Shown here: positions 27,406 to 35,617 of the stretch, piece by piece
Layout of the letters: every line of letters begins with the position of its first letter
Numbering within the stretch: position 1 is the stretch's first letter
NCBI GenBank assembly: GCA_036556025.1
Contig: DATBKD010000053.1
Span: 20,326 to 84,325, forward strand
Direction: 5' to 3'
DNA length: 64,000 nucleotides
DNA from: Gemmatimonadales bacterium
Lineage (GTDB): Bacteria; Gemmatimonadota; Gemmatimonadetes; Gemmatimonadales; GWC2-71-9
The notes under the pieces: model-generated
Database searches by the model: none
The model's input: only the letters and a program-made list of their open reading frames with translations
What the model was told of the DNA's origin: nothing
Program-made: the position numbers and the translations under genes

Positions 27406-28524
27406 TCAAGCGGCGGCAAAGGCGCGGATCAACTCGTCGTTCGACCTGGTGCGACGCAGATCGGTGATCAGGTCGGTCATGGCATTAATGGGCGACATGC
27501 CCGCAATGCGCTGACGCAGGAGACGCGAAACGGCAAGCGCATCCTCGGGCAGCAGAAGCTCTTCCCTCCGTGTCGCGCTGGCCACCAGATCTATCGCGGG
27601 GAAGATCCGGCGCTCGGCCAGCTCCCGGCTCAAGACCAGCTCGCTATTGCCGGTGCCCTTGAACTCCTCGAAGATCACCTGATCCATACGGCTCCCGGTG
27701 TCGACCAGGGCGGTGGCAATGATGGTGAGTGAGCCGCCGTGTGCGGGATCCACCTTGCGCGCGCTTCCCAGAAAGCGCTTGGGCCGCTCCAGCGACTGGG
27801 CATCCAGGCCACCGGAGAGCGTTCTCCCGGTTCCCTTTTCGACCGTGTTGTAGGCCCGCGCCAGCCGAGTCAGCGAGTCCACGATCAGCACCACGTCCCC
27901 TCCCAGCTCGACCCGGCGCCTGGCCCGCTCCAGCGTGAGCTCGGCCAGCGCGACGTGCTGGGTGGCGGGATTATCGAAGCTCGAAGCCACGACCTCGCCT
28001 ACGCCTGCCGTCTCCATCTCGAAGACTTCCTCCGGCCGCTCGTCCACCAGCAGGATGAGGAGCTCGGCGTCGGGGTAGTTGGCGCTCACTCCTTGAGCGA
28101 TGGCCTGGAGCACCATTGTCTTCCCAGCCTTGGCCGGAGCGACGATCAGAGCTCGTTGTCCCTTACCCAGGGGGCACAGCAGATCGATGACCCGGTTGGT
28201 GTAGTCCGGCTGTCCCTGGCGGACCAGCCCGAACTCCAGGCGGAGCTGCTCGTTCGGATGGATGGCGCTGAGACGATTGAATTCCGGGCGATGGCGGAGC
28301 TGATCGGGAGGCAGCCGGTTGATCGTACTGATCCCCTGGAGCGAAGGACCCCGTCCTTTCCCGGACGCTCGGGTCTCGCCCTCGATCTCGTCGCCGGGCC
28401 TGAGGCCGTACTGCCGAATCAGTTTTTCAGCGACATGGACGTCGCCGTTCGCAGGGAGATACCCTGCCTCACGACGCCGGAGAAAGCCGCTGCCTTTTCC
28501 GGCGATCTCCAAGACACCGAGCAT
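27406..28524 (-). CDS. rho: Transcription termination factor Rho (short form lacking the N-terminal helical Rho_N domain)
   Basis: The residues GVLEIAGKGSGFLRR align to E. coli Rho residues about 50 onward. Walker A APAKAGKT, Walker B LLVDERPEEV, ATALVDTGS, FKGTGNSELVLSR. The start codon overlaps the sufE stop (TGATG). Confidence 0.9.
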   Translation of the reverse strand: MLGVLEIAGKGSGFLRRREAGYLPANGDVHVAEKLIRQYGLRPGDEIEGETRASGKGRGPSLQGISTINRLPPDQLRHRPEFNRLSAIHPNEQLRLEFGLVRQGQPDYTNRVIDLLCPLGKGQRALIVAPAKAGKTMVLQAIAQGVSANYPDAELLILLVDERPEEVFEMETAGVGEVVASSFDNPATQHVALAELTLERARRRVELGGDVVLIVDSLTRLARAYNTVEKGTGRTLSGGLDAQSLERPKRFLGSARKVDPAHGGSLTIIATALVDTGSRMDQVIFEEFKGTGNSELVLSRELAERRIFPAIDLVASATRREELLLPEDALAVSRLLRQRIAGMSPINAMTDLITDLRRTRSNDELIRAFAAA

Positions 28525-28940
28525 CAGGCGGCCGATGCCACGGAGCGTTTGATCCGGTGCAGAATGGCGCTAAGACCCAGGGTTCGAGTCATCCCCAGCG
28601 TCTCGCTGAGCCCGAGCTGATCGAGCAGGTCGTCAGGTATTCTGGCGACTTCATCCGGAGCCGCGCCATCGAGGTTCCGGGCCAGCAGCGAAATGAATCC
28701 GCGCACCGTGGGAGATTCCCGCGGAACATCGGCATGGATGTGAACCTGCCCGTTTTCCACTTCCACCCAAAGGAAGACCGGGGTCTGGCATTCAGGCACC
28801 CGATGCTCGTCGTTGTTCTTCTCTTGTTCCAGCCGGTCGGGCAGGGGAGGGAGCTTGCGGGAATAGTCCAGCAAGGTCTCCAACCGGGTGGTCCGGTCGG
28901 CCGATTTGAACCGGGGAATCAGGCTCTCGAGCGTGGGCAT
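28524..28940 (-). CDS. sufE: SufE-family sulfur acceptor protein
   Basis: Full-length match in layout to SufE, including the EHRVPECQTPVFLWVE catalytic-Cys region. Confidence 0.85.
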   Translation of the reverse strand: MPTLESLIPRFKSADRTTRLETLLDYSRKLPPLPDRLEQEKNNDEHRVPECQTPVFLWVEVENGQVHIHADVPRESPTVRGFISLLARNLDGAAPDEVARIPDDLLDQLGLSETLGMTRTLGLSAILHRIKRSVASAA

Positions 28941-28985
28941 ACTGGTAAGCTAAGCCATCGATGCTGGCGGGTGAACTATGGGAGA

Positions 28986-29879
28986 TCATCGTGTCCGCGA
29001 CCGGTGGAGGCGTACCTCGTGGGCCGCGATCACCGGCCCATAGAAGATCACATCGGCGGCGACCTTACCCACCAGAATGCCGAGCTGGGGCCCCAGCCAC
29101 ACGGTGGCCAGCCCGAAGCACAGGGGGCGGGTGACCCCGGTGTCGATCAGCTCGGCCGGCCCGAACTCCACGAACAGGGTGCGAAGGCTGCGAAACATTT
29201 GCCGCGGTCCATACACCGCTCGATGGGCGCCGGCCGCATAGGCGTCTCGGATCAGCTCCCGGAGCAAAAGCGTAAGATAGAAGCCGGTTCCCTCCGCCAG
29301 GGCGGCGGCGTAGGCAGCGACGACTCGACTCTCCGTGGCCGACTGCACCAGCCAAAAGGCGCCGAACGCGGCGGCCGCGCCCACGATTTCTGCGATGCCG
29401 TACCGGACGATCCACTCGCGGGCACGGCCTCTGTTGGGTGGGATCGCCCGCAGCAGCCCGATCTTGCCGGTTCCCGGCCAGCGCCGGACCGGGGGCTCCC
29501 CATGGGTTGGCGAGGCGGCGTCCGGATCCGGTGGCGGGGGGAGGGTCGCAAAATCGAAGCGGAAGGCGCGGTTGCCGACCTGGATGACGTCGCCCGACTG
29601 GAGCAGGTGCTGCGCCTGGATCCGCTCACAGTTCACGTAGGTTCCGTGGCTGCTGCTGTCCACCACCACGTAGCCGGTCGGGGTCCGAATCACGCAGGCG
29701 TGCTGGCGGGAGACGCTGGGATCCTCCACCAGCAGGTCGCATTCGACAGCGCGGCCGATCACCAGCGGCTGACTTCCGATCAGATGGCTGGTGCCATCCT
29801 GGAGGCACACCAACCGTCCTCCGACCGGCAGGGACGATGCGGCGGAGTCGCGAACGAGGGGTGACGGAGGAACCGCCAC
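28986..29879 (-). CDS. FHA-domain protein fused to a C-terminal multi-helix membrane domain
   Basis: FHA core LVIGRAVECDLLVEDPSVSRQHACV...GTYVN...GDVIQVGN. The C-terminal half has several hydrophobic helices. Confidence 0.75.
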   Translation of the reverse strand: MAVPPSPLVRDSAASSLPVGGRLVCLQDGTSHLIGSQPLVIGRAVECDLLVEDPSVSRQHACVIRTPTGYVVVDSSSHGTYVNCERIQAQHLLQSGDVIQVGNRAFRFDFATLPPPPDPDAASPTHGEPPVRRWPGTGKIGLLRAIPPNRGRAREWIVRYGIAEIVGAAAAFGAFWLVQSATESRVVAAYAAALAEGTGFYLTLLLRELIRDAYAAGAHRAVYGPRQMFRSLRTLFVEFGPAELIDTGVTRPLCFGLATVWLGPQLGILVGKVAADVIFYGPVIAAHEVRLHRSRTR

Positions 29880-29974
29880 GGGTACCTCAGGCTGCTGGTG
29901 TGGCGCGGGGGAGCTACCTCAAGATTTCCCGGATCTCCCGAGTCTCGCAATGTCCCGGCAATTGTGAGGCCTGC

Positions 29975-30004
29975 TTGACGAGGCGCCGGGCCTCAGTGTA
30001 TAGA
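29975..30004 (+). promoter_or_regulatory. Candidate sigma-70-type promoter TTGACG-N18-TATAGA for the cimA leader
   Basis: TTGACG at 29975-29980 and TATAGA at 29999-30004 read directly. The spacer is 1 nt longer than optimal. Confidence 0.35.
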
Positions 30005-30009
30005 TATTC

Positions 30010-30093
30010 ATGCTCCTGACCGCCCATCTGTTCCGCCGCAACATTATTCCGCCCTCACTCTCGGCGAGAGGCGGCGCGACAGCACTGGGGTAG
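30010..30093 (+). CDS. Candidate 27-aa leader peptide MLLTAHLFRRNIIPPSLSARGGATALG
   Basis: Small ORF inside the terminator-containing leader. Tandem Ile codons ATT ATT at 30043-30048 lie immediately before a segment that can pair with GAGAGGC 30066-30072. No clear RBS. Confidence 0.25.
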   Translation: MLLTAHLFRRNIIPPSLSARGGATALG

Positions 30094-30120
30094 AGCAGAA
30101 CCCGAGCCAAGCAGCCAGAG

Positions 30121-30154
30121 ACGGCCTCTCACGACGAGAGGCCGTTTCGTTTTC
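30121..30154 (+). terminator. Rho-independent terminator within the 5' leader of cimA (attenuator)
   Basis: Perfect 10-bp stem ACGGCCTCTC / GAGAGGCCGT with loop ACGAC, followed by TTCGTTTTC. Ends 28 nt before ATG 30183. Confidence 0.8.
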
Positions 30155-30182
30155 ATCCCGGACACCGGATCCCGAGCCACCT

Positions 30183-31739
30183 ATGACTCTCCGCCTGTAC
30201 GACACCACCCTCCGCGACGGAACCCAGCGGGAAGGTCTCTCGCTCTCCGTGGAGGACAAGGTCAAGATCGCGCGGGCGCTGGACCGGCTCGGCGTGCGCT
30301 ACATCGAAGGGGGATGGCCGGGCTCCAATCCCAAGGATGCGGAGTTCTTTCGCCGGATGCAGGATGAGCCGCCGGCGCAGGCGCGCATCGCCGCCTTCGG
30401 CAGTACCCGTCGAGCCAACACCCGCTGTGAGGACGATGCCAACCTGCTCGCGCTGGTCGATGCGGGCACCCCGGTCGTCACCCTGGTCGGCAAGAGCTCG
30501 GTGCTGCATGTCGACCGGGTGCTGGAGACCAGCCGGGAGGAAAACCTGCGGATGATCGCCGAGAGCGTGGCATTCATGAAGCAGGCCGGCAAGGAGGTGA
30601 TCTACGACGCTGAGCACTTCTTCGATGGCTATCGGCTGGATCGGGACTACGCGCTGGCCACCCTCACCGCAGCGTCCGAGGCGGGGGCCGATTGTCTCGT
30701 GCTGTGCGACACCAACGGCGGCGAGCTCCCCGACGTGATCCGGTATCGGGTGTGCGAGATCCGTGAGGTGCTGGCCACGCCGCTCGGCATCCACCCTCAT
30801 GACGACGCGGGGCTCGCGCTGGCCAACGGACTGGCTGCGGTTCAGGCCGGCTGCGCCCAGGTGCAGGGCACCATCAACGGCTACGGCGAGCGCTGCGGGA
30901 ATCTCGATCTCGTCCCTCTCATCGCCACGCTGCAGCTCAAGCTCGGCCTCCCGGTCGTGTCACCCGAGGCGCTCGGCCGGCTCACCGAGGTTTCCCAGTT
31001 CGTGGCCGCAGTGGCCAATCAGCATCCCGATCCTCACGCCCCCTACGTCGGGCGGAGCGCCTTCGCGCATAAGGGCGGGATCCACGTGGCCGCCATTGCC
31101 AAAGTGCCGGAGAGCTACCAGCACATCGATCCGGCGGCCGTAGGCAACGAGATGCGGGTCGTCGTGAGCGAGGTTGCCGGACGGCGCAATGTCCGGCTTC
31201 GCGCCGAGGCGCTAGGTATCGCGCCCGGCGCGACCGAAGCGAGCGTGCTCCAGCGGATCAAGGAGTTAGAGCACCGCGGCTTTCAGTTCGAGGCGGCGGA
31301 GGGCTCATTCGAGATGCTGCTGCGTCGAGCGGCGTCCGGCTATAGACCGCCCTTCGAGCTGGAGGACTTCACGGTGATCGTGGAACGACGCGGTGGGGAC
31401 GGGGTCCGGGCCCAGGCGACGGTGAAGCTGCGAGTGGGACAGGAGCTCATGCACACCGCAGCGGAAGGGCAGGGGCCGGTCAATGCGCTGGACCGCGCGG
31501 TCAGGAAGGCACTCCTGCCGCACTATCCCGAGCTGGCCCAGGTCCATCTGGTGGACTACAAGGTGCGCATCGTAGACGAGCACCTCGGCACCGGCGCCCG
31601 CCCGCGAGTGATCATCGAGTCAGCCCGGGGCACCGAGCGCTGGAGCACCGTGGGCTGTTCGGAGAACATTATAGAGGCGAGCTGGCAGGCGCTGTGCGAC
31701 GGGCTGGAGCTGGGGATCCTGAGGAGCGGTGAGAAGTGA
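30183..31739 (+). CDS. cimA: (R)-citramalate synthase (LeuA/CimA family, about 520-aa CimA type)
   Basis: MTLRLYDTTLRDGTQREGLSLSVEDKVKIARALDRLGVRYIEGGWPGSNPKD is the characteristic N-terminus. C-terminal LeuA-dimer regulatory domain present. Confidence 0.8.
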   Translation: MTLRLYDTTLRDGTQREGLSLSVEDKVKIARALDRLGVRYIEGGWPGSNPKDAEFFRRMQDEPPAQARIAAFGSTRRANTRCEDDANLLALVDAGTPVVTLVGKSSVLHVDRVLETSREENLRMIAESVAFMKQAGKEVIYDAEHFFDGYRLDRDYALATLTAASEAGADCLVLCDTNGGELPDVIRYRVCEIREVLATPLGIHPHDDAGLALANGLAAVQAGCAQVQGTINGYGERCGNLDLVPLIATLQLKLGLPVVSPEALGRLTEVSQFVAAVANQHPDPHAPYVGRSAFAHKGGIHVAAIAKVPESYQHIDPAAVGNEMRVVVSEVAGRRNVRLRAEALGIAPGATEASVLQRIKELEHRGFQFEAAEGSFEMLLRRAASGYRPPFELEDFTVIVERRGGDGVRAQATVKLRVGQELMHTAAEGQGPVNALDRAVRKALLPHYPELAQVHLVDYKVRIVDEHLGTGARPRVIIESARGTERWSTVGCSENIIEASWQALCDGLELGILRSGEK

Positions 31740-31809
31740 GCAGTGAGACGTAAGAAGCGGCCGGCTCCCCCCGCTCACTTCTTACTCCTTATTCCTTGCT
31801 CCCCACTAC
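31729..31809. repeat. Heptamer-word inverted repeat: GTGAGAA GTGAGCA GTGAGAC GTAAGAA ... TCACTTC TTACTCC TTATTCC TTGCTCC CCACTAC
   Basis: Read directly. The cimA stop TGA 31737-31739 lies inside unit 2. The arms are imperfectly complementary around the loop CCGGCTCCCC. Confidence 0.85.
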
Positions 31810-31912
31810 GTTACGTCCCGTTAACCGACCATCGGCGGTCGAGCGGGGAACCTCGCCTCCTCTCCCGTCGTTACTCTTGGTCCGCTTCACCTCCCCTGAC
31901 CCGACGGTTTCG

Positions 31913-33307
31913 ATGGCTGCTCCTGAGAAATACGACGCCATAGTCATCGGTGCAGGCCAGGCCGGCGGACCACTCTCCGGTGCCATGGCCAGAGCCGGAC
32001 GCCGCACGGCGCTCATCGAGCGGGAGCACGTCGGCGGCACCTGCATCAACGAGGGCTGCACTCCTACCAAGACGATGGTGGCGAGTGCCCGGATCGCGTA
32101 TCTGGCCCGCCGGGCCCACGATTACGGCGTTGTCACCGGCCCGGTCTCGGTCGACCTCATCCGGGTCCGGCAACGCAAACGTGCCATTGTCGAGAGCTTC
32201 CGGAGCGGAAGTCAACGGCGAATCGAGGAGGCCGGCGTCGATCTGATCATGGGGGAGGCAAGGTTCACCGGTCCCAGGAGGGTCAGCGTCGGTTCGCGAC
32301 TCCTCCAGGCGGACACCGTCTTCCTCAATACCGGCTGCCGTCCGGCCGTTCCCGACATCGAAGGACTCGAGCGGATCAACCGGAGGCTGAACTCGACTTC
32401 GATCATGGAGCTCGATGCTCTGCCCGAACATCTGCTGGTGCTGGGAGGCGGGTACGTCGGACTGGAGTTCGCCCAGATGTTCCGGCGCTTCGGCAGCCGA
32501 GTGAGCCTTATCCAGCGGGGACCTCAGCTGTTGCCCCAAGAGGACCAGGATATCGCGACCATGGTGTTCGACATTCTCCGGGCAGACGGCATCGAGGTCC
32601 TGCTGGAGACGCAACCGCGCTGTGCGGCTTGGTTGCCTGAGGGCGTAAAGCTTGTGGTGCAGGGTCCCGCCGGCGAGCGCACGCTCGAGGGATCCCACCT
32701 TCTCGTCGCAACCGGGCGGGTGCCGAATACCGAGGGACTGGATCTCCCCGCGGCGGGGGTGGAGACCGATCGGCAGGGCTTCATCCGGGTCAACGAGCGC
32801 CTCGAGACCAGTGCACCGGGGGTCTACGCCCTGGGCGACGTCAAGGGCGGCCCGGCCTTTACCCATATCTCCTATGACGACTTCCGGATCATCCGCACCA
32901 ATCTGTTACAAAGCGGTAACGCTACGACCATGGCCCGTCCGATACCCTACACCGTATTCATCGACCCCCAGTTGGGACGCATTGGACTGACCGAGCGGGA
33001 GGCCCGCAAAGAGGGACGCAGCTTCAGGATAGCTCAACTGCCGATGAGTCAGGTGGCCCGGGCCCTGGAGCTGAGCGAATCCCGCGGTGTGATAAAAGTC
33101 CTTGTGGATGCCGAAACCGGGTGCCTCCTTGGGGCCACCGTACTCGGGATTGAAGGCGGGGAGCTCATGGCGACCCTCCAGGTCGCCATGATGGGAAACG
33201 TGCCGTATCATAAGCTCCGGGATGCGATCTTCGCCCACCCGACCCTGGCGGAGTCGCTCAACAATCTCTTCTCTAACCTCGAGGCCCATCCGGATCGGGT
33301 GAGGTAA
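31913..33307 (+). CDS. FAD-dependent pyridine nucleotide-disulfide oxidoreductase (class I, redox-active CxxxxC)
   Basis: [16 protein letters not shown] site. [13 protein letters not shown] redox disulfide. C-terminal dimerisation domain with HPTLAE. Start at ATG 31913; the 31796 start would translate the repeat. Confidence 0.85.
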   Translation: MAAPEKYDAIVIGAGQAGGPLSGAMARAGRRTALIEREHVGGTCINEGCTPTKTMVASARIAYLARRAHDYGVVTGPVSVDLIRVRQRKRAIVESFRSGSQRRIEEAGVDLIMGEARFTGPRRVSVGSRLLQADTVFLNTGCRPAVPDIEGLERINRRLNSTSIMELDALPEHLLVLGGGYVGLEFAQMFRRFGSRVSLIQRGPQLLPQEDQDIATMVFDILRADGIEVLLETQPRCAAWLPEGVKLVVQGPAGERTLEGSHLLVATGRVPNTEGLDLPAAGVETDRQGFIRVNERLETSAPGVYALGDVKGGPAFTHISYDDFRIIRTNLLQSGNATTMARPIPYTVFIDPQLGRIGLTEREARKEGRSFRIAQLPMSQVARALELSESRGVIKVLVDAETGCLLGATVLGIEGGELMATLQVAMMGNVPYHKLRDAIFAHPTLAESLNNLFSNLEAHPDRVR

Positions 33308-33312
33308 GCTCC

Positions 33313-34638
33313 ATGACGACTGTCGCGGCCCCCTCGCACGTCGACCCTCAGGCCATCGCCGGGCAGCTGCTCGAAGCCCGAGCGCGGACCATGCTCTTGA
33401 TCGCTCCTCTGAGCGATGAGGACCTGCGGCGCCAGCACGACCCTCTGATGAGCCCCATCCTGTGGGACCTGGGACACATCACCCACTTCGAAGAGCTCTG
33501 GCTCACCCGCAACCTCGAGGGACCCATCGAGTTCGTCGAGATGCCGGGCATGTTCAATCCATTCGAGCACCCCCGAAGCAAACGGGGCGCGCTGCCGCTC
33601 CCCAACTTGCGGGACTGCCGCGGGATCATGGACGAGATCCGGGGAAGGGTCCTGGCGCGACTCGCCGGCACGAACTTCTCCGGAAGCCACCCTCTGCTGC
33701 GCGAAGGCTATGTCTACCAGATGGTCTTGCAGCACGAATACCAGCACAACGAGACCATCCTGCAGACTCTCCAGCTCAAGCTGGGCCATCCGTACTCGCC
33801 CGTCGTGCGCTATGACCTGCCCCCGGTATCGGCGGATCCCCGCGCAGGAATTCGCGGGGAGATGGTGACTTTTCCAGGGGGAACGGTCGAGATCGGGACC
33901 GATGACCGAAGTGCCGCGTATGACAACGAGCGGCCCCGCCACCAGGTGGAGGTCGCGCCCTTCCGCATCGACGTCAATCCAGTCACCAACGGCGACTTCC
34001 TGATCTTCATCGCCGCCGGAGGCTATGCCACACCCGAGTACTGGTCCGAAGCTGGATGGCATTGGCTGACCGACTCGGGGGTGAACGCGCCGAAGTACTG
34101 GGAATTGGTGGATGGGGAATGGACCAACCGCTCCATGGATCGGATAGCCCCGGTTGACCCGCGCCATCCGGTTTGCCACATCTGCTTTCACGAGGCCGAA
34201 GCGTTTGCCCGTTTCGTCGGCAAGCGCCTGCCCACAGAGATTGAGTGGGAGGTGGCGGCCTCCTGGGAGCCCGACGGGGGCAAGCGGACTTATCCCTGGG
34301 GAGAGCAGCAGGCCGATCGTCACCTCGCCAACGTCGATCAGCTGGCCTTCGGCACCGCCGCAGTGGGCTCCTATCCCCAGAATGTCTCGCCACTCGGGTG
34401 CTACGGGATGATCGGGGACGTCTGGGAGTGGACCTCGACCGATTTCGGTCCCTGGCCCGGCTTCGAGAGCTTCCCCTACAAGGAGTACTCCGAAGTCTTC
34501 TTCGGCGCCGACTACAAGGTCCTGCGCGGGGGGTCGTGGGCGACTCGCCCTGGAGCGATTCGCAACACTTTCAGGAACTGGGACTACCCCATCCGCCGGC
34601 AGATTTTCAGCGGCGTGAGGTGCGCCCAAGATGCCTAG
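33313..34638 (+). CDS. egtB: Ergothioneine biosynthesis sulfoxide synthase (hercynine oxygenase) EgtB
   Basis: DinB_2-like N-domain (WDLGHITHFEELW) plus FGE-sulfatase-like C-domain (GDVWEWT, RGGSWA). Confidence 0.85.
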   Translation: MTTVAAPSHVDPQAIAGQLLEARARTMLLIAPLSDEDLRRQHDPLMSPILWDLGHITHFEELWLTRNLEGPIEFVEMPGMFNPFEHPRSKRGALPLPNLRDCRGIMDEIRGRVLARLAGTNFSGSHPLLREGYVYQMVLQHEYQHNETILQTLQLKLGHPYSPVVRYDLPPVSADPRAGIRGEMVTFPGGTVEIGTDDRSAAYDNERPRHQVEVAPFRIDVNPVTNGDFLIFIAAGGYATPEYWSEAGWHWLTDSGVNAPKYWELVDGEWTNRSMDRIAPVDPRHPVCHICFHEAEAFARFVGKRLPTEIEWEVAASWEPDGGKRTYPWGEQQADRHLANVDQLAFGTAAVGSYPQNVSPLGCYGMIGDVWEWTSTDFGPWPGFESFPYKEYSEVFFGADYKVLRGGSWATRPGAIRNTFRNWDYPIRRQIFSGVRCAQDA

Positions 34639-35617
34639 AATCTCTTCGCCCGCCGTCCGAGCGGCCCTGCGGCCCGACGGCAAGCCAGCCAACCTGCGGA
34701 TGCTCGCGGAAGTGGCTGAAGGTCTTTCCGCTCCTCAGAAGGAGCTGTCACCCAAGTACTTCTACGATCAGCGCGGGTCGGAGCTGTTCGAGGCCATCAC
34801 CCGGCTGCCGGAGTATTATCCTACCCGCACCGAGCGCGCGCTGCTCGAGGGTTGGATGCCCGAGCTGATGATCCAGCTCGGCACCCGGACGCTGATCGAG
34901 CTGGGCGCAGGGAACGCGGAGAAGAGCCGCATCATCCTCGACGCCATGCGCGCCGCCGGCTCCGCCGAGCTCTATGTGCCTATCGACGTCAGCGCCACCT
35001 TCCTGAGCCAGACCGCGGCTCGACTTCGGCTGGAGTATCCCGGTCTCCGGGTCGAGCCTGCGGTGGCCGACATCTCGGAGGAGCTCAACCTGCCTGGCCG
35101 GATGCCGCGGCCGGCTCTCTTCGCCTTCTTGGGGAGCACGATCGGCAACTTCTACCCTCCCGCTGCCATCCGTCTCCTCGGAAGAGTCCGTGCCGCTATG
35201 GCGCCGGAAGACCGGTTCCTGATGGGGGTAGATCTGCGCAAGGACATAGCCCGGCTCGAGGCGGCGTACAACGACAGCCAAGGCGTCACCGCCGAATTCA
35301 ACCGCAACATGCTGCGGGTGCTGAACCACGAGCTGGGCGCGGATTTCGATCCCTCGGCCTTCGAGCATCGGGCTTTCTATGAGCCGGTGGCTCACCGAAT
35401 CGAGATGCATCTGGTCTCCACCCGCGACCAACGCGTCACGATTCCGGGGCTGGGCCAGGTCGCGCTGGCTCGAGGCGAAACGATCCGCACGGAGATCAGC
35501 AGCAAGTACGATCGAGCCAGCGTCGCGGAGCTCTTCGATGCCGCCGGCTTGCGCATCGAAGCGTGGCCCACCGACCCGCACACCCCGTTCGGACTGGTGG
35601 TGGGAGCGCCCGTATGA
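34631..35617 (+). CDS. egtD: L-histidine N-alpha-methyltransferase EgtD
   Basis: PKYFYDQRGSELFEAITRLPEYYPTRTE, ELGAGNAEKS, FLGSTIGNF are hallmark EgtD motifs. Overlaps the egtB 3' end by 8 nt. Confidence 0.88.
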   Translation: MPRISSPAVRAALRPDGKPANLRMLAEVAEGLSAPQKELSPKYFYDQRGSELFEAITRLPEYYPTRTERALLEGWMPELMIQLGTRTLIELGAGNAEKSRIILDAMRAAGSAELYVPIDVSATFLSQTAARLRLEYPGLRVEPAVADISEELNLPGRMPRPALFAFLGSTIGNFYPPAAIRLLGRVRAAMAPEDRFLMGVDLRKDIARLEAAYNDSQGVTAEFNRNMLRVLNHELGADFDPSAFEHRAFYEPVAHRIEMHLVSTRDQRVTIPGLGQVALARGETIRTEISSKYDRASVAELFDAAGLRIEAWPTDPHTPFGLVVGAPV

